Source: Squalus acanthias
Taxonomy: Eukaryota
DNA: 64,000 bases
NCBI GenBank assembly: GCA_030390025.1
Contig: CM059425.1
Coordinates: forward strand, 173,850,001-173,914,000
Reading direction: 5' to 3'
A model generated the notes under the pieces. The model made no database searches. It worked only from the letters and a program-made list of their open reading frames with translations, and had not been told where the DNA came from. Made by a program: the position numbers and the translations under genes. Shown piece after piece: positions 49,433 through 62,229 of the stretch. How positions within the stretch are numbered: the first letter of the stretch is position 1; the number at the start of each line of letters is the position of its first letter.

Positions 49433-52400
49433 TTTTTTTTTAAATTCGTTCATGGGATGTGGGCATCGCTGGTAAGGCCAGCATTTATTACCCATCCCTA
49501 ATTGCCCTTGAGAAGGTGGTGGTGAGCCGCCTTCTTGAACCACTGCAGTCTGCGTGGTGAAGGTACTCCCATAGTGCTATTAGGGAGGGAGTTCCAGGAT
49601 TTTGACCCAGCAACGATGAAGGATCGGCGATATATTTCCGAGTCAGGATGGCATGTGACTTAGAGGTGATGGTGTTCCCATGCGCCTGCTGCCCTTGTCC
49701 TTCTAGGCAGTAGAGATCGCAGGTTTGGGAGGTGCTGCCGAAGAAGCCTTGGCTAGTTGCTGGAGTGCATCTTGTAGATGGTACACACTGCAGCCACAGT
49801 GCGCCAGTGGTGGAGCGAGTGAATGTTTAAGGTGGTGGATGGGGTATCAATCAAGTGGGCTGCTTTGCCTTGATGGTGTCGAGCTTCTTGAGTGTTGTTG
49901 GAGCTGCACTCATCCACGCGAGTATTCCATCACACTCTTGATTTTTAGCCTTGTAGATGGTCGAAAAGGCTTTGGGCAGTCAGGAGGTGAGTGACTCACT
50001 GCAGAATACCCAGCCTCTAACTTGCTCTTGAAGCCACAGTATTTATATGGCTTGTCAAGTTTCTGGTCAATGGTGACTGCCAGGATGTTGATGGAGTAGG
50101 ATTCAGCGATGGTAATGCCGTTGAATGTCAGGGGGCAGTGGTTAGACTCTATTATTGTTGGAGATGGTCATTGCCTGGCACGTGTGTGGCGCGAATGTTA
50201 CTTGCCACTTATCAGCCCAAGCCTGAATGTCGTCCAGGTCTTGCTGCATGCGGGCATAGACTGCTTCATTATCTGAGGAGTTGCGAATGAAACTGAACAC
50301 TGTGCAATCATCAGCGAACATCCCATTTCTGACCTTATGATGCAGGGAAGGACATTGATGGAGCAGCTGAAGATGGTTGGGCCTAGGACACTGCTCTGAG
50401 AAACTCCTGCAGCGATGTCCTGGGGCTGAGATGATTGGCCTCAAACAACCACAACCATCTTCCTTTGTGCTAGGTATGACTGCAGCCAGTGGAGAGTTTT
50501 CCCCTTGATTCCCATTGACTTCAATTTTACTACGGCTCCTTGATGCTACACGCGGTCCAATGCTGCTTTGATATCAAGGGCAGTAACTCTCACCTCAACT
50601 CTAGAATTCAGCTCTTTTGTCCATGTTTGAACCAAGGCTGTAATGAGATCTGGAGCCAAGTGATCCTGGCAGAACCCAAACTGAGCATCGGTGAGCAGGT
50701 TATTGGTGAGTAAATGCTGATTGATAGCACTGTCAACGACACCTTCCATCACTTTGCTGATGATTGAGAGTAGACTGATGGGGAGCTAATTGGATGGATT
50801 GGCTTTTTCCTGCTTTTTGTGGACAGGACATACCTGGGCAATTTTCCACATTGTTGGGTAGATGCCAGTGTTGTAGCTGTACTGGAACAGCTTGGCTAGA
50901 GGCACGGCTAGTTCTGGAGCGCAAGTCTTCAGCATGACAGCTGGGATGTTGTCGGGGCCCATAGCCTTTGCTGTATCCAGTGCGCTCAGCATTTTCTTGA
51001 TATCACGTGGAGTGAATCGAATTGGCTGAAGACTGCTTCTTTGATGGTGGGGCCTCACGAGGAGGCAAAGATGGATCATCCACTCGGCACTTCTGGCTGA
51101 AGATGGCTGTGAACGCTTCAGCCATCTCTTTTGCACTCATGTGCTGGGCTCTGCCATCGTTGAGGATGGGGATGTTCATGGAGCCTCCTCCTTCCATTAG
51201 TTGTTTAATTGTCCACCACCATTCACGACTGGATGTGGCAGGACTGCAGACCTTTGATCTGATCCATTGGTTGTGGAATCGCTTAGTTCTGTCTATAGCT
51301 TGTTGTTTCAGTTGTTTAATATGTACGTAGCCCTGTTTTGTAGCTTCACCAGGTTGGCACCTCATTTTTAGGTACACCTGGTGCTGCTCCTGGCATGTCT
51401 TCTGCACTCCTCATTGAACCAGGGTTGGTCCCCTGGCTTGATGGTGATGGTAGAGGGAGGAATATGACGGGCCATGAGGTTACAGATTGTGGTGGTATAC
51501 AATTCTGATGCCCACAGTGCCTCATGGATGCACAGTTTTGAGCTGCTAGATCTGTTTTGAATCTATCCCATTTAGCACGGTGGTAGTGTCACACAACACG
51601 ATGGAAGGTGTCCTCAGTGTGAAGACGGGACTTTGTCTCCACAAGGACTGTGCGATGGTCACTCCTACCAACACTGTCATGGGCAGATGCATCTGCAACA
51701 GGTAGATGGTTGAGGACGAGGTCAAGTAGGTTTTTCCCCTCGTGTTGGTTCTCTCACCACCTGCCGCAGGCCCAGTCTGGCAGCTATGTCCTTCAGGACT
51801 CGGCCAGCAGTGGTGCTACCGAGCCACTCTTGGTGATGGACATTGAAGTCCCCCACCCAGAGTACGTTCTGTGCCCTTGCTAGCCTCAGTGCTTTTTCCA
51901 AGTGGTGTTCAACATGAAGGAGTACTGATTCATCAGCAGAGGGAGGGGGGTAGGTGGTAATCAGCAGGAGGCATCATGTTTGACCTGGTGCCATGAGACT
52001 TCAGGGCCACACCCTCCCGACTGTATACCACCGTGCCGCCACCTCTGGTAGGTCTGTCCTGCCGGTGGCACATGACATACCTAGGGATGGTGATGGAGGA
52101 GTCTGGAACGTTGGCTGAAAGGTATGATTCTGTGAGTTTGACTGTGTCAGGTTGTTGCTTGACTAGTCTGTGGGACAGCTCTCCCAATTTTGGCACAAGT
52201 CCACAGATGTTAGTGAGGAGTACTTTGCACGGGTCTACCGGGCTGGGTGTGCCTTTGTTGTGTCCGGTGCCTATGTTGATGCCGGGCAGGCCGTCTGGTT
52301 TTATTCTTAGTAGCGGTTTTGTACAACTGAGTGGCTTGCTAGGTCATTTCAGATGGCAGTTAAGAGTCAACCACATTGCTGTGAGTCTGGAGTCACATGT

Positions 52401-52495
52401 AGGCCAGACCAGGTAAGGACGGCAGATTTCCTTCCCTAAAGGACATTAGTGAAACAGATGGGCTTTTACGACAATCCGGCAGTTTCATGGTTACT
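49433..52495 (-). mobile_element. Long, degraded Jockey-group (CR1-related) LINE with EN and RT
   Basis: LTESYL, RQDRPTRGGG (EN); GPDNIP, AQFGF, LDIKAA, MFADD (RT); poly-A end at 49433. Confidence 0.85.
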
Positions 52496-52496
52496 G

Positions 52497-53376
52497 CTTC
52501 TGCTTTCAATTCCCTCCCTTCCCCATGCCTTACTTCCTCTCCATTTTCCCCTTGCCCTAACCCTAAATTTGCATATTTCTCTCCTATCTCCCCTCATGCC
52601 CTTTCAAAGCTCATCTTATTAATGAGTCTGACCTCCTGCTCTATCGACCCTATTCCTACTGAATTGCTGACAACCCAACTTTCCTTCCTGGTTCCCATGT
52701 TAGCGGATATTGTTAACGGTACTCTCTCCTCCGGTATTGTTCCCCTTTCCTTCATATCTGCCATCATCACCCCTCTCCTCAAAAAGCCAACCCTTAACCC
52801 CTCCTTCTTTCCAAACTATCGCCCCAATCTCCAACCTCCCTTTCCTTTCCAATGTTCTTGAACGTGTTCTGGCCTTCCAAATCTGTGCCATCCTTCCCAG
52901 AACTCCTTGTTTGAATCCCTCCAATGAGGCTTCTATGCCTCCCACAGTACTGAAACTGCTCTTACTAAGGTCACAAATGACATCCTAATTCGCTGCGACA
53001 AAGGTAATCTATCCCTTCTCGTCCTTCTGGACCTGTCTGCAGCCTTTGACACAGTTGACCACAAAATTCTGCACCAACGCCTCTCCACCATCGTCCAGCT
53101 AGATGGGAATGTACTCGCCTGGTTTCATTCCTATCTTGCCAACCGTGACCATAGAATCACCTGCAATGGCTTCTCTTCCTGATCCCGCACTATCAACTCT
53201 GGTGTCCACCAAGGATCTATCCTTGGCCCCCTCCTATTTCTCATCTACATGTTTCCCCTTGGTGACATCATCCGGCAACACAACGTGAGTTTTCACATGT
53301 ACGCTGACGATACACAGCTCTACCTCTTCTCCACCTCTCGCGAACCCTCCACCGTCTCTATACTATCAGACTACTT
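52497..53376 (+). mobile_element. L2 LINE RT fragment; its 3' part resumes at 61849-62229
   Basis: [29 protein letters not shown]. Confidence 0.85.
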
Positions 53377-53703
53377 ACATAAGAACGTAAGAAATAGGAG
53401 CTGGAGTAGGCCATTTGGCCCTTCGAGTCTGCTCCACCATTCAACAAGATCATGGCTGATCTTCTACCTCAACTCCACCTTCCTGCACTATCCCCATATC
53501 CCTTAGTTCCCAAAAATTTATCGACCTCTGTCTTGAATGTACTCAACGACTGAGCATCCACAGCTCTTTGGGGTAGAGAATTCCAAAGATTCACAACCCT
53601 TTGAGTGAAGAAATTTCTCCTCATCTACCCCTTATTCTGAGACTGTGGCCCCGTGTTCTAGATTCCCCAGCCAGAGGAAACATTTTCCTAGCATTAACCC
53701 TGT
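53377..53703 (-). mobile_element. CR1 3' end with tail facing left
   Basis: ACATAAGAACGTAAGAAATAGGAG tail; antisense to the CR1 3' region up to ACAGGGTTAATGC. Confidence 0.85.
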
Positions 53704-56197
53704 TGGGACGGGCGCTACTTAAACCGGGCTGGAACCAGTGTCCTGGCGAATCGAATAACTAGGGCAATAGACAGGACTTTAAACTAATGAAGCGGGGGTG
53801 GGAGGATTCAGGAAAGAGTAAATTTAAAAGCAGCAAGAGAAATGTCAAGACTCTAGAGCAGAGCAGAGTTTTGGGTAAAAATAAGCAGCGTGGGTCAGGA
53901 AGGGACAGCGAGAGTAACAAAGGTAATAGGGCCTCAGTGACTAAGGTGACATCAGGGAAAAATAGAAAAAAGTCAAACCTAAAGGTACTATATCTGAATG
54001 CGTGAAGCATTCGCAACAAAATAGATGAATTAATAGCGCAGATAGAAATGAATAAGTTTGATCTAATAGCCATTGCGGAGACGTGGTTGCAAAGTGACCA
54101 AGGTTGGGAACGTAATATTCCAGGATACTTAACTTTTAGAAGAGATAGGCAAAATGGAAAAGGAGCAGGGGTAGCCCTGATAATAAAGGATGGGATAAAG
54201 ACCGTAGAGAGAAAGGATCTTAACTCCAAAAATCAAGTAGAATCAGTTTGGCTGGAGCTAAGTAACAGCAAGGGGCAGAAAACATTGGTGGGAGTTGTTT
54301 ATAGGCCCCCAAACAGTAGTTGTAATGTAGGGCAGAGTATAAATAAGGAAATTAGAGGCGCATGTAACAAGGGTAATACAGTAATCATGGGGGACTTTAA
54401 TCTACATATAGACTGGGCAAACCAAATTTGTAGTAATAGTGTGGAGGACGAATTCATGGAATGTATGCAAGATAGTTTTCTAGATCAGTATGTTGAGGAA
54501 CCAACTAGGGAACAGGCTATTTTAGATCTAGTATTGTGCGATGAGAAAGGGATAATTAATAACCTTGTAGTAAAGGGGCCTTTAGGGAAGAGTGACCACA
54601 ATATGATAGAATTATATATTGAGTTTGAAAGTGGGTTAGTTTAGTCCGAAACTAGGGTCTTAAATCTAAACAAAGCAAACTACGTAGGTATAAGGGGCGA
54701 GTTGGCTAAGGTAGATTGGGAAACTACATTAAAAGGTATGACGGTAGACAAGCAATGGCTAGCATTTAAAGAATTAATACATAATTTACAACAAATATGC
54801 ATTGCTTTAAGGCACAAAACCCCCACAGGAAAAGTGGTCTAACCGTGGCTCACAAGAGAAGTTAAAGATAGTATTAGATCAAAGGAAGAGGCTTATAATG
54901 TTGCCAAAAAGAGTAGTAAGCCTGAGGATTGGGAGGATTTTAGAATTCAGCAAAAGAGGACCAAGAAATTGATAAGGAAAGAGAAAAAAGAATATGAGAG
55001 TAAATTAGCAAGAGACTTAAAAACAAATTATAAACGTTTCTATAGGTATGTAAATAGGAAGAGATTAGTGAAAGTAAAAGTGGGCCCATTAGAGGAATAG
55101 ATAGGAGAAATTATAATGGGCAATAAGGAAATGGCAGACATTAAACAAATACTTTGTATCTGTCTTCATGGTAGAAGACACAAAAAAATTCTGGAAATAA
55201 TGGGGAACCAAGAGTCTAGAAAGAATGAGGAACTTAAAGAAATCAGTTTAATAAAGACATAGTACTGGAGAAATTAATGGGACTAACTGGACCTGATGAC
55301 CTGCATCCTCGGGTTTTAAAAGAGGTGGGCAGAGATAGTGGATGCATTGGTATTAATCTTCCAGAATTCCCTAGATTCTTGAACAGTCCCCAAGGATTGG
55401 AAGGTAGCAAACATAACCCCGCTATTTAAGAAAGGAGGGAGAGAGAAAACGGGGAACGATAGGCCAGTTAGCCTGACATCAGTAGTAGGCAAAATGCTAG
55501 AATCTATTATTAGAGACGTGGTAACAGGGCACTTTGAAAATCGTAATATGATTAGGCAGAGTCAACATGGTTTTATGAAAGGGAAATCATGTTTGACAAA
55601 TCTGTTAAAGTTTTTTGAAGATGTAACTAGAAGGATTGAAAAGGGGGAAGCAGTGGATGGAGTGTATTGGGATTTTCAAAAATCGTTCAATAAGGTGCCA
55701 CACAAGAGGTTATTACAAAAAATTAGGACCCATGGGATTGGGGGTAATATATTAGCATGGATTGAGGATTGGTTAATGGACAGAAAACAGCGAGTCGGAA
55801 TAAACGGGTCTTTTTCGGGTTGGCAGGCTGTAACTAGCGGGATACCGCAAGGATGAGTGCTTGGGCCTCAACTATTTAAAATCATTATTAATGACTTAGA
55901 TGAAGGGACTGAGTGTAACGTATCCAAGTTTGCTGATGATTCAAAGTTAAGTGGGAAAGTAAGCTGTGAGGAGGATGAAAAGAGGCTGCAGAGAGGTATA
56001 GACAGTTTGACTGAGTGGGCAAGAACAGGGCAAATGGAACACAGTGTGGGGAAGTGTGAAGTTATCCACTTTGGTAGGAAAAACAAAGAAGCAGAATATT
56101 TTTTGAATGGTGAGAGACTGGGAAATGTTTGCATTCAGAGGAACCTGTGTCCTAGTACATGAATCACAATTAACATGCAGATACAGCAAGCAATTAA

Positions 56198-59100
56198 CAT
56201 AGAAACATAGAAGATAGGAGCAGGAGTAGGCCATTCGGCCCCTCGAGCCTGTTCCGCCATTTAATGAGATCATGGCTGATCATCCAAATTCAGTACCCTA
56301 TCCCTGCTTTCTCCCCATATCCCTTGATCCTTTTAGCCTTAAGAAATATATCTAACTCCTTCTTGAATATATTTAATGAATTGGACTCAACTGTCTTCTG
56401 TGGTAGAGAATGCCACAGGTTCACCACTCTCTGGGTGAAGAAATTCCTCCTCATCTCAGTCCTAAATGGCTTACCCCTTATCCTTAGACTGTGACCCCTG
56501 GTTCTGGACTCCCCTGCCATCGGGAACATCCTTCCTGCATCTAGTCTGTCTAGTCCTGTTAGAATTTTATAAGTTTCAATGAGATCCCCTCTCATTCTTC
56601 TAAACTCTAGCGAATATAAGCCTAATCGACCCAATCTCTCCTCATACGTCATTCCTGCCATCCCAGGTATCAGTCTGGTGAATCTTCACTGCACTCTCTC
56701 CATGGCAAGAACATCCTTCCTCAGATAAGGTGACCAAAACGGCACACAATACTCAAGGTATGGTCTCACCAAGGCCCTGTACAACTGCAGCAAGACATCC
56801 TTGCTCCTGTACTCGAATCCTCTCGCTATGAAGGCCAACATACCATTTGCCTTCTTAACCGCCTGCTGCACCTGCATGCTTACCTTCAGCGACTGGTGCA
56901 CAAGGACACCCAGGTCTCGTTGCACTTCCCCTTTTCCCAATCTATTGCCGTTCAGATAATAATCTGCCTTCCTGTTTTTGCCACCAAAGTGGATAACCTC
57001 GCATTTATCCACATTATACTGCATTTGCCATGCATCTGCCCAATCACCCAACCTGTCCAAATCATACTGGAGTTTCTCTGCATCCTCCTCACAGCACACA
57101 CGCCAACCCAGCTTTGTGTCGTCTGCAAACTTAGAGATATTACATCTAGTTCCCTCGTCTAGATCATTTATATATATTGTGAATAGCTGGGGTCCAAGCA
57201 CCGATCCCTGCGGTACCCCACTAGTCACTGCCTGCCACTCGGAAAAAGACCCGTTTATTCCAACTCTTTGCTTCCTGTCTGCCAACCAGTTCTCTATCCA
57301 AGACAGTACCTTACCTCCAATCCCGTGCGCTTTAACTTTGCACGCTAATCTCTTATACGGGACCTTATCGAAAGCCTTCTGAAAGTCCAAATACACCACA
57401 TCCACTGGTTCTCCCTTATCTATTCTACCAGTTACATCCTCAAAAAATTCCAGTAGATTAGTCAAGCATGATTTACCTTTTGTAAATCCATGTTGACTTT
57501 GTCCAATCCGGTCACTGTTTTCCAAGTGCTCTGCTATTACATCTTTTATAATGGACTCGAGCATTTTCCCCACTACTGATGTCAGACTTACCGGTCTATA
57601 ATTCCCCGTTTTCTCTCTACCACCTTTTTTAAATAGTGGGGTTACATTAGCTATCCTCCAATCATGGGAACTGTTCCAGAGTCTATAGAATTTCGGAAGA
57701 TGACCAGCAATGCATCTACTATTTCTAGGGCCACTTCCTTAAGTACCCTAGGATGTAGATTATCAGGCCCTGGGGATTTATCGGCCTTCAATCCCGTCAA
57801 TTTCCCTAACACCATTTCCCTACAAATACTGATTTCATTTAATTCCTCCCTCTCATTTGACCCTATGTTCCCCGACATCTCTGGGAAGTTATTTGTGTCC
57901 TCCTTTGTGAAGACAGAATCAAAGTATGTATTTAATTGGTCTGCCATTTCTTTGTTCCCCATTATAATTTCCCCTGATTCTGACTGCAAGGGACCTACGC
58001 TTGACTTCACCAATCCTTTTCTCTTCACATATCTATAGAAGCTTTTGCAGTCAGTTTTTATGTTCCCTGCAAGCTGACTCTCATAATCTATTTTCCCCCT
58101 CTTAATTAATCCCTTTCTCCTCCTTTGCTGAATCCTAAACTGCTCCCAATCCTCAGGTTTGCTGCTTTTTCTGGCCAATTTATATGTCCTCTCCTTGGAT
58201 CTTATGCTATCCCTAATTTCCCTTGTTAGCCACAGTTGAGTCACCTTTTTTGTTTTATTTTTATGCCAAACAGGGATGAACAAATTCTGTAGTTCATCCA
58301 TGCGATCTTAAAATGTTTGCCATTGCCTATCCACCGTCAACACTTTAAGTAGCGTTCTCCAATGCATTCTAGCCAACTTGTGCCTCATACCATCGTAGTT
58401 TCCTTTATTTAAATTCAGGACCCTAGTCTCTGAGTCAACTGCTTCACTCTCCATTTTAATGAAGAATTCTATCATATTATGATCGTTCCTCCCCAAGGGG
58501 CCTCGCACAACAAGATTGCTAATTACTCCTTTCTCATTACATAATACTCAGTCTAAGATGGCCTGATCTCTAGTTGGTTCCTCGACATATTGGTCCAGGA
58601 AACCATCCCGTATACGCTCTTGGAATTCCTCCTCCACAGTATTGTTACTAATTTGGTTAGCCCAATCTATATGTAGATTAAAGTCACCCATGATAACTGC
58701 TGTGCCCTTATTGCACGCGTCTCTAATTTCCCATTTAATGCCATCCCCAACCTCAGCATTACTGTTTGGGGGTCTGTATACAACTTCCACTAACGTTTTC
58801 TGCCCCTTGGTATTTCTCAGCTCTGCCCATACAGATTCCACATCAGCAGAGCTAATATCCTTCCTTACTATTATGTTAATCTCCTCTTTAACCAGCAATG
58901 CTACCCCACCTCCTTTTCCTTTTTTCCTGTCCTTCCTGAATATTGAATACCCCTGGATGTTGAATTCCCAGACTTGGTCATCCTGGAGCCATGTCTCCTT
59001 AATCCCAATTATATCATCCGTTTATATCTATTTGCGCAGCTAATTCATCCACCTTATTATGAATGCTCCTCGCATTAAGACACAAAGGGGGAAAATTCAG

Positions 59101-61444
59101 TTGGTTTGTGCCTCCCGTTAGCGCCTTAAGAGGGCATTAATGGGGTGCAAAGCAACTAGCGCCTGGGCGCGGTGTATTCTGCGCCTCTCACGAAATTGAC
59201 CAGACATTTTGCGGTGGCGCTAAACAGTACCGCCACGATCTCCTGCGCCGGCAGATCGTGACGTCAGTCGAGTGCGCAACGCCCCGGTAGCGCCCCGGAG
59301 CGGATATTGAGTTGCGCCCCCTGTCTTACCGCCTGCCGCTAGCAACGACAGGTTGAGGGGAGCGTTTTGCAGTCAGGAAGGGATTGGGGAGCGCAATTTA
59401 AAGGCGACAGCTTCCTGCCTTTTTTTGTTGGTGACATTTTTGCACCACGCATTCTGCGAGAGAGAGAGAGAGACTTCTGGAGAGATTCAACGCTGTGTGA
59501 AGGAGTTTTGGGTACTGAGCAGCACTTTGCAGGTTCATTTTGATTTGCCCTTCCTTGCATTTATTTAGAAGAGACTGTGGGGGCTGCACTCTGAGCTCTT
59601 TCCCTGGAACTCTCCATTGTTCTTTCCAGCAGATTTGATGTGCAGGTCTCTCCAGGCTGAGATTCAAGGCTGCAATGAGCAGGATGTGGATGGAGAGCAA
59701 GATCAACCCTCCCCTTTAAGAACTGGCCAGCGCCATTGTGTCTGTGTTCCATTGCTGACTGACATCACATGAGCTTCGCCAGCGCTCTGAGGTAGCGCCT
59801 CACTCCTCGGCCTTTACGCCTTAAGACAGGTGTGTAGCGCCTGATTTAGCGCTCCAATCACCTCCAGGGGCGATAAAAGCCAAGTTTGCAGTCGGAGGCG
59901 ATAATTAGCGCCAGGCGCTAAACTTTGCGCACAGCCGATAATTGCGCCCCAAACGGGGCGATACTGAATTTCCCCCCAAAGCCTTCAGGCTTGATTTTTT
60001 AACACTCTTAGTCCTTTTAGAATTATTATTTACTGTGGCCCTGTTTGATTTTCACCCTTGATTTCTCTGCCTTCCACTTTTGCTGTTCTCCTTCCTGTCT
60101 TTTGTTTCTATCCTTGCTTCCCTTTCCTCTGTCTCCCTGCACAGGTTCCCAACCTCCTGCCATTTTAGTTTAAACCCTCCCCAACAGCACTAGCAAACAC
60201 TCCCCCTAGGACATCGGTTCCGGTCCCGCCCAGGTGCAAACCGTCCAGTTTGTACTGGTCCCACCTCCCCCAGAACCGGTTCCAATGTCCCAGGAATTTG
60301 AATCCCCCCCCCTTGCACCATTCCTCTAGCCACGTATTCATCTGAAATATCCTTTTATTTCTACTCTGACTAGCACGTGGCACTGGTAGCAATCCTGAGA
60401 TTACTACCTTTGAGGTCCTATTTTTTAATTTACCTCCTAACTCCCTATATTCAGCTTTTAGGACCTCATACCATTTTTTACCTATATCGTTGGTACCTAT
60501 ATGCACCACGACAACTGGCTGTTTCACCCTCCCCCTCCAGAATGCCATGCAGCCGCTCCGAGACATCCTTGACCCTTGCACCAGGGAGGCAACATACCAT
60601 CCTGGAGTCTCATTTGCGGCCGCAGAAACGCCTATCTATTCCCCTTACAATAGAATCCCCTATCACTATAGCTCACCCGCTTTTTTTCCTCTCGTCCTGT
60701 GCAGCAGGACCACCCATGGTGCCAGGAAGTTAGCTGCTCCTGCCTTCCCCCGATAAGCCATCCCCCTCAACAATATCCAAAGTGGTATATCTGTTTGAGA
60801 GGGGGATGGCCGCAGGGGACCCCTGCACTACCTGCCTGCGCCTACTACTCTGCCTGGTGGTCACCCATTCCCTTCCTACCTGTGCATCCTTTACCTGCGG
60901 TGTGACCAACTGCCTAAACGTGTTATCCATGATGTCGTCAGCATCGCGAATGCTCCAGTATGTATCCATTCGCAGCTCCAGCGCCGCAATGCGGTCTGTC
61001 AGTAGCGGTCTGGAAGTGTCCCTGATTTTCCACATAGTGCAGGAGGAGCATGCCACGGGGCCGAGCTGTGCTGTCATGACTTACCCTTTAATTATTTCAA
61101 ATTAAATTAAATCAAATCAATACCACTAATTACACTACAATTAAATGATATACTCAAGGGTCCTTGTTTACCAGCACTCCCCGCTACACAACAGAGCCCC
61201 TAGATTCTATAAACCACAAAAATTAAGTTTGGAAAAAAGCGAGAAAGAGAGAAATACTCACCTACCAATCACTTACCTGCTTTCTGGTGACGTCACACTT
61301 TGATTACTTTTTATTTCTCTCTCTCCTCTCGCTGACTCTGTGCCTCTCGCAGGTCCGCCGCTCAGCTCCGGTCCCAGGCCTCCCATCCGCGCTCTGTTTA
61401 TCCTCCTCTCGCTGACTCTGCCTCTCACAGGTGTGCCGCTCAGC
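56198..61444 (-). mobile_element. Near full-length CR1 LINE, sibling of 37608-42772
   Basis: TTAA on both sides (56194-56197, 61445-61448); ORF1 61077-60165 with GDS, GTND and DGLHL esterase motifs; ORF2 pieces. Confidence 0.92.
59087..59977 (+). mobile_element. 891-bp Harbinger MITE, same family as 40302
   Basis: TIRs and AAA TSD; same internal junction GGGCTGCACT|CTGAGCTC. Confidence 0.93.
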
Positions 61445-61848
61445 TTAAGAAAGCAAATGGTATGTTAGCTTTTGTTACAAAGGGATTAGAGTATAAGAGT
61501 AAAGAAATCTTACTACAATTATACAGGACATTGGTGAGGCCACACCTGAGGTACTGTGTACAGTTCTGGTCTCCTTACCTAAGGAAAGACATACTTGCCT
61601 TAGAGGGAGTGCAATGAAGGTTCACTAGACTGGTTCCTGGGATGAGGGGATCGCCCTATGAGGAGAGATTGAGTAGACTAGGCCTATATTCCCTAGAGTT
61701 TAGAAGAATGGGAGGTGATCTAATTGAAACATATCAAATTCTTAAGGGGCTTGACAGGTAGAAGATCAGCCATGATCTTGTTGAATGGCGGAGCGGGCTC
61801 GAAGGGCCAAATGGCCTACTCCAGCTCCTATTTCTTATGTTCTTATGT

Positions 61849-62229
61849 TGTTTTCAAATCCCTCCATGGCCTCATCTCTCCTTATCTCTGTGATCTCCTC
61901 CAGCCCTATTATTCCCCCTAGACCTCTGTTCTCCGCTTATTCTGGCCTTTTGAACATCCCCAATTTTAAATGCTCCACCATTGGCGGTTGTGCCTTCAGC
62001 TGGCTAGGTTTTAAGCTCTGAAATCCATCCTTGTTTTCAAATTCCTCCATGGCCTCGCCCCTCCGCCGAGATATCTGCGTTCCTCTAATTCTGCCCTCTT
62101 GAGCATCCCTGATTAAAATCGCTCAACCATTGGTGGCTGTGCCTTCAGCTGTCTAAGCCCCAAGCTCTGAAATTCCCTCCCTAAACCTCTCCACCTCTCT
62201 ACCTCTCTTTCCTCCTTTAAGACGCTCCT
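61849..62229 (+). mobile_element. L2 3' region with a ~180-bp diverged tandem duplication
   Basis: TTGTTTTCAAAT.CCTCCATGGCCTC...AAGCTCTGAAAT occurs twice. Confidence 0.75.

Larger units (their letters stand above)
53704..61848 (+). mobile_element. Long CR1 (end of ORF1 through ORF2 to tail) split by a nested CR1
   Basis: EN (IAETW, GDFN, SDH) and RT pieces at 54000-56190; resumes at 61445; tail ends near 61848. Confidence 0.88.
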
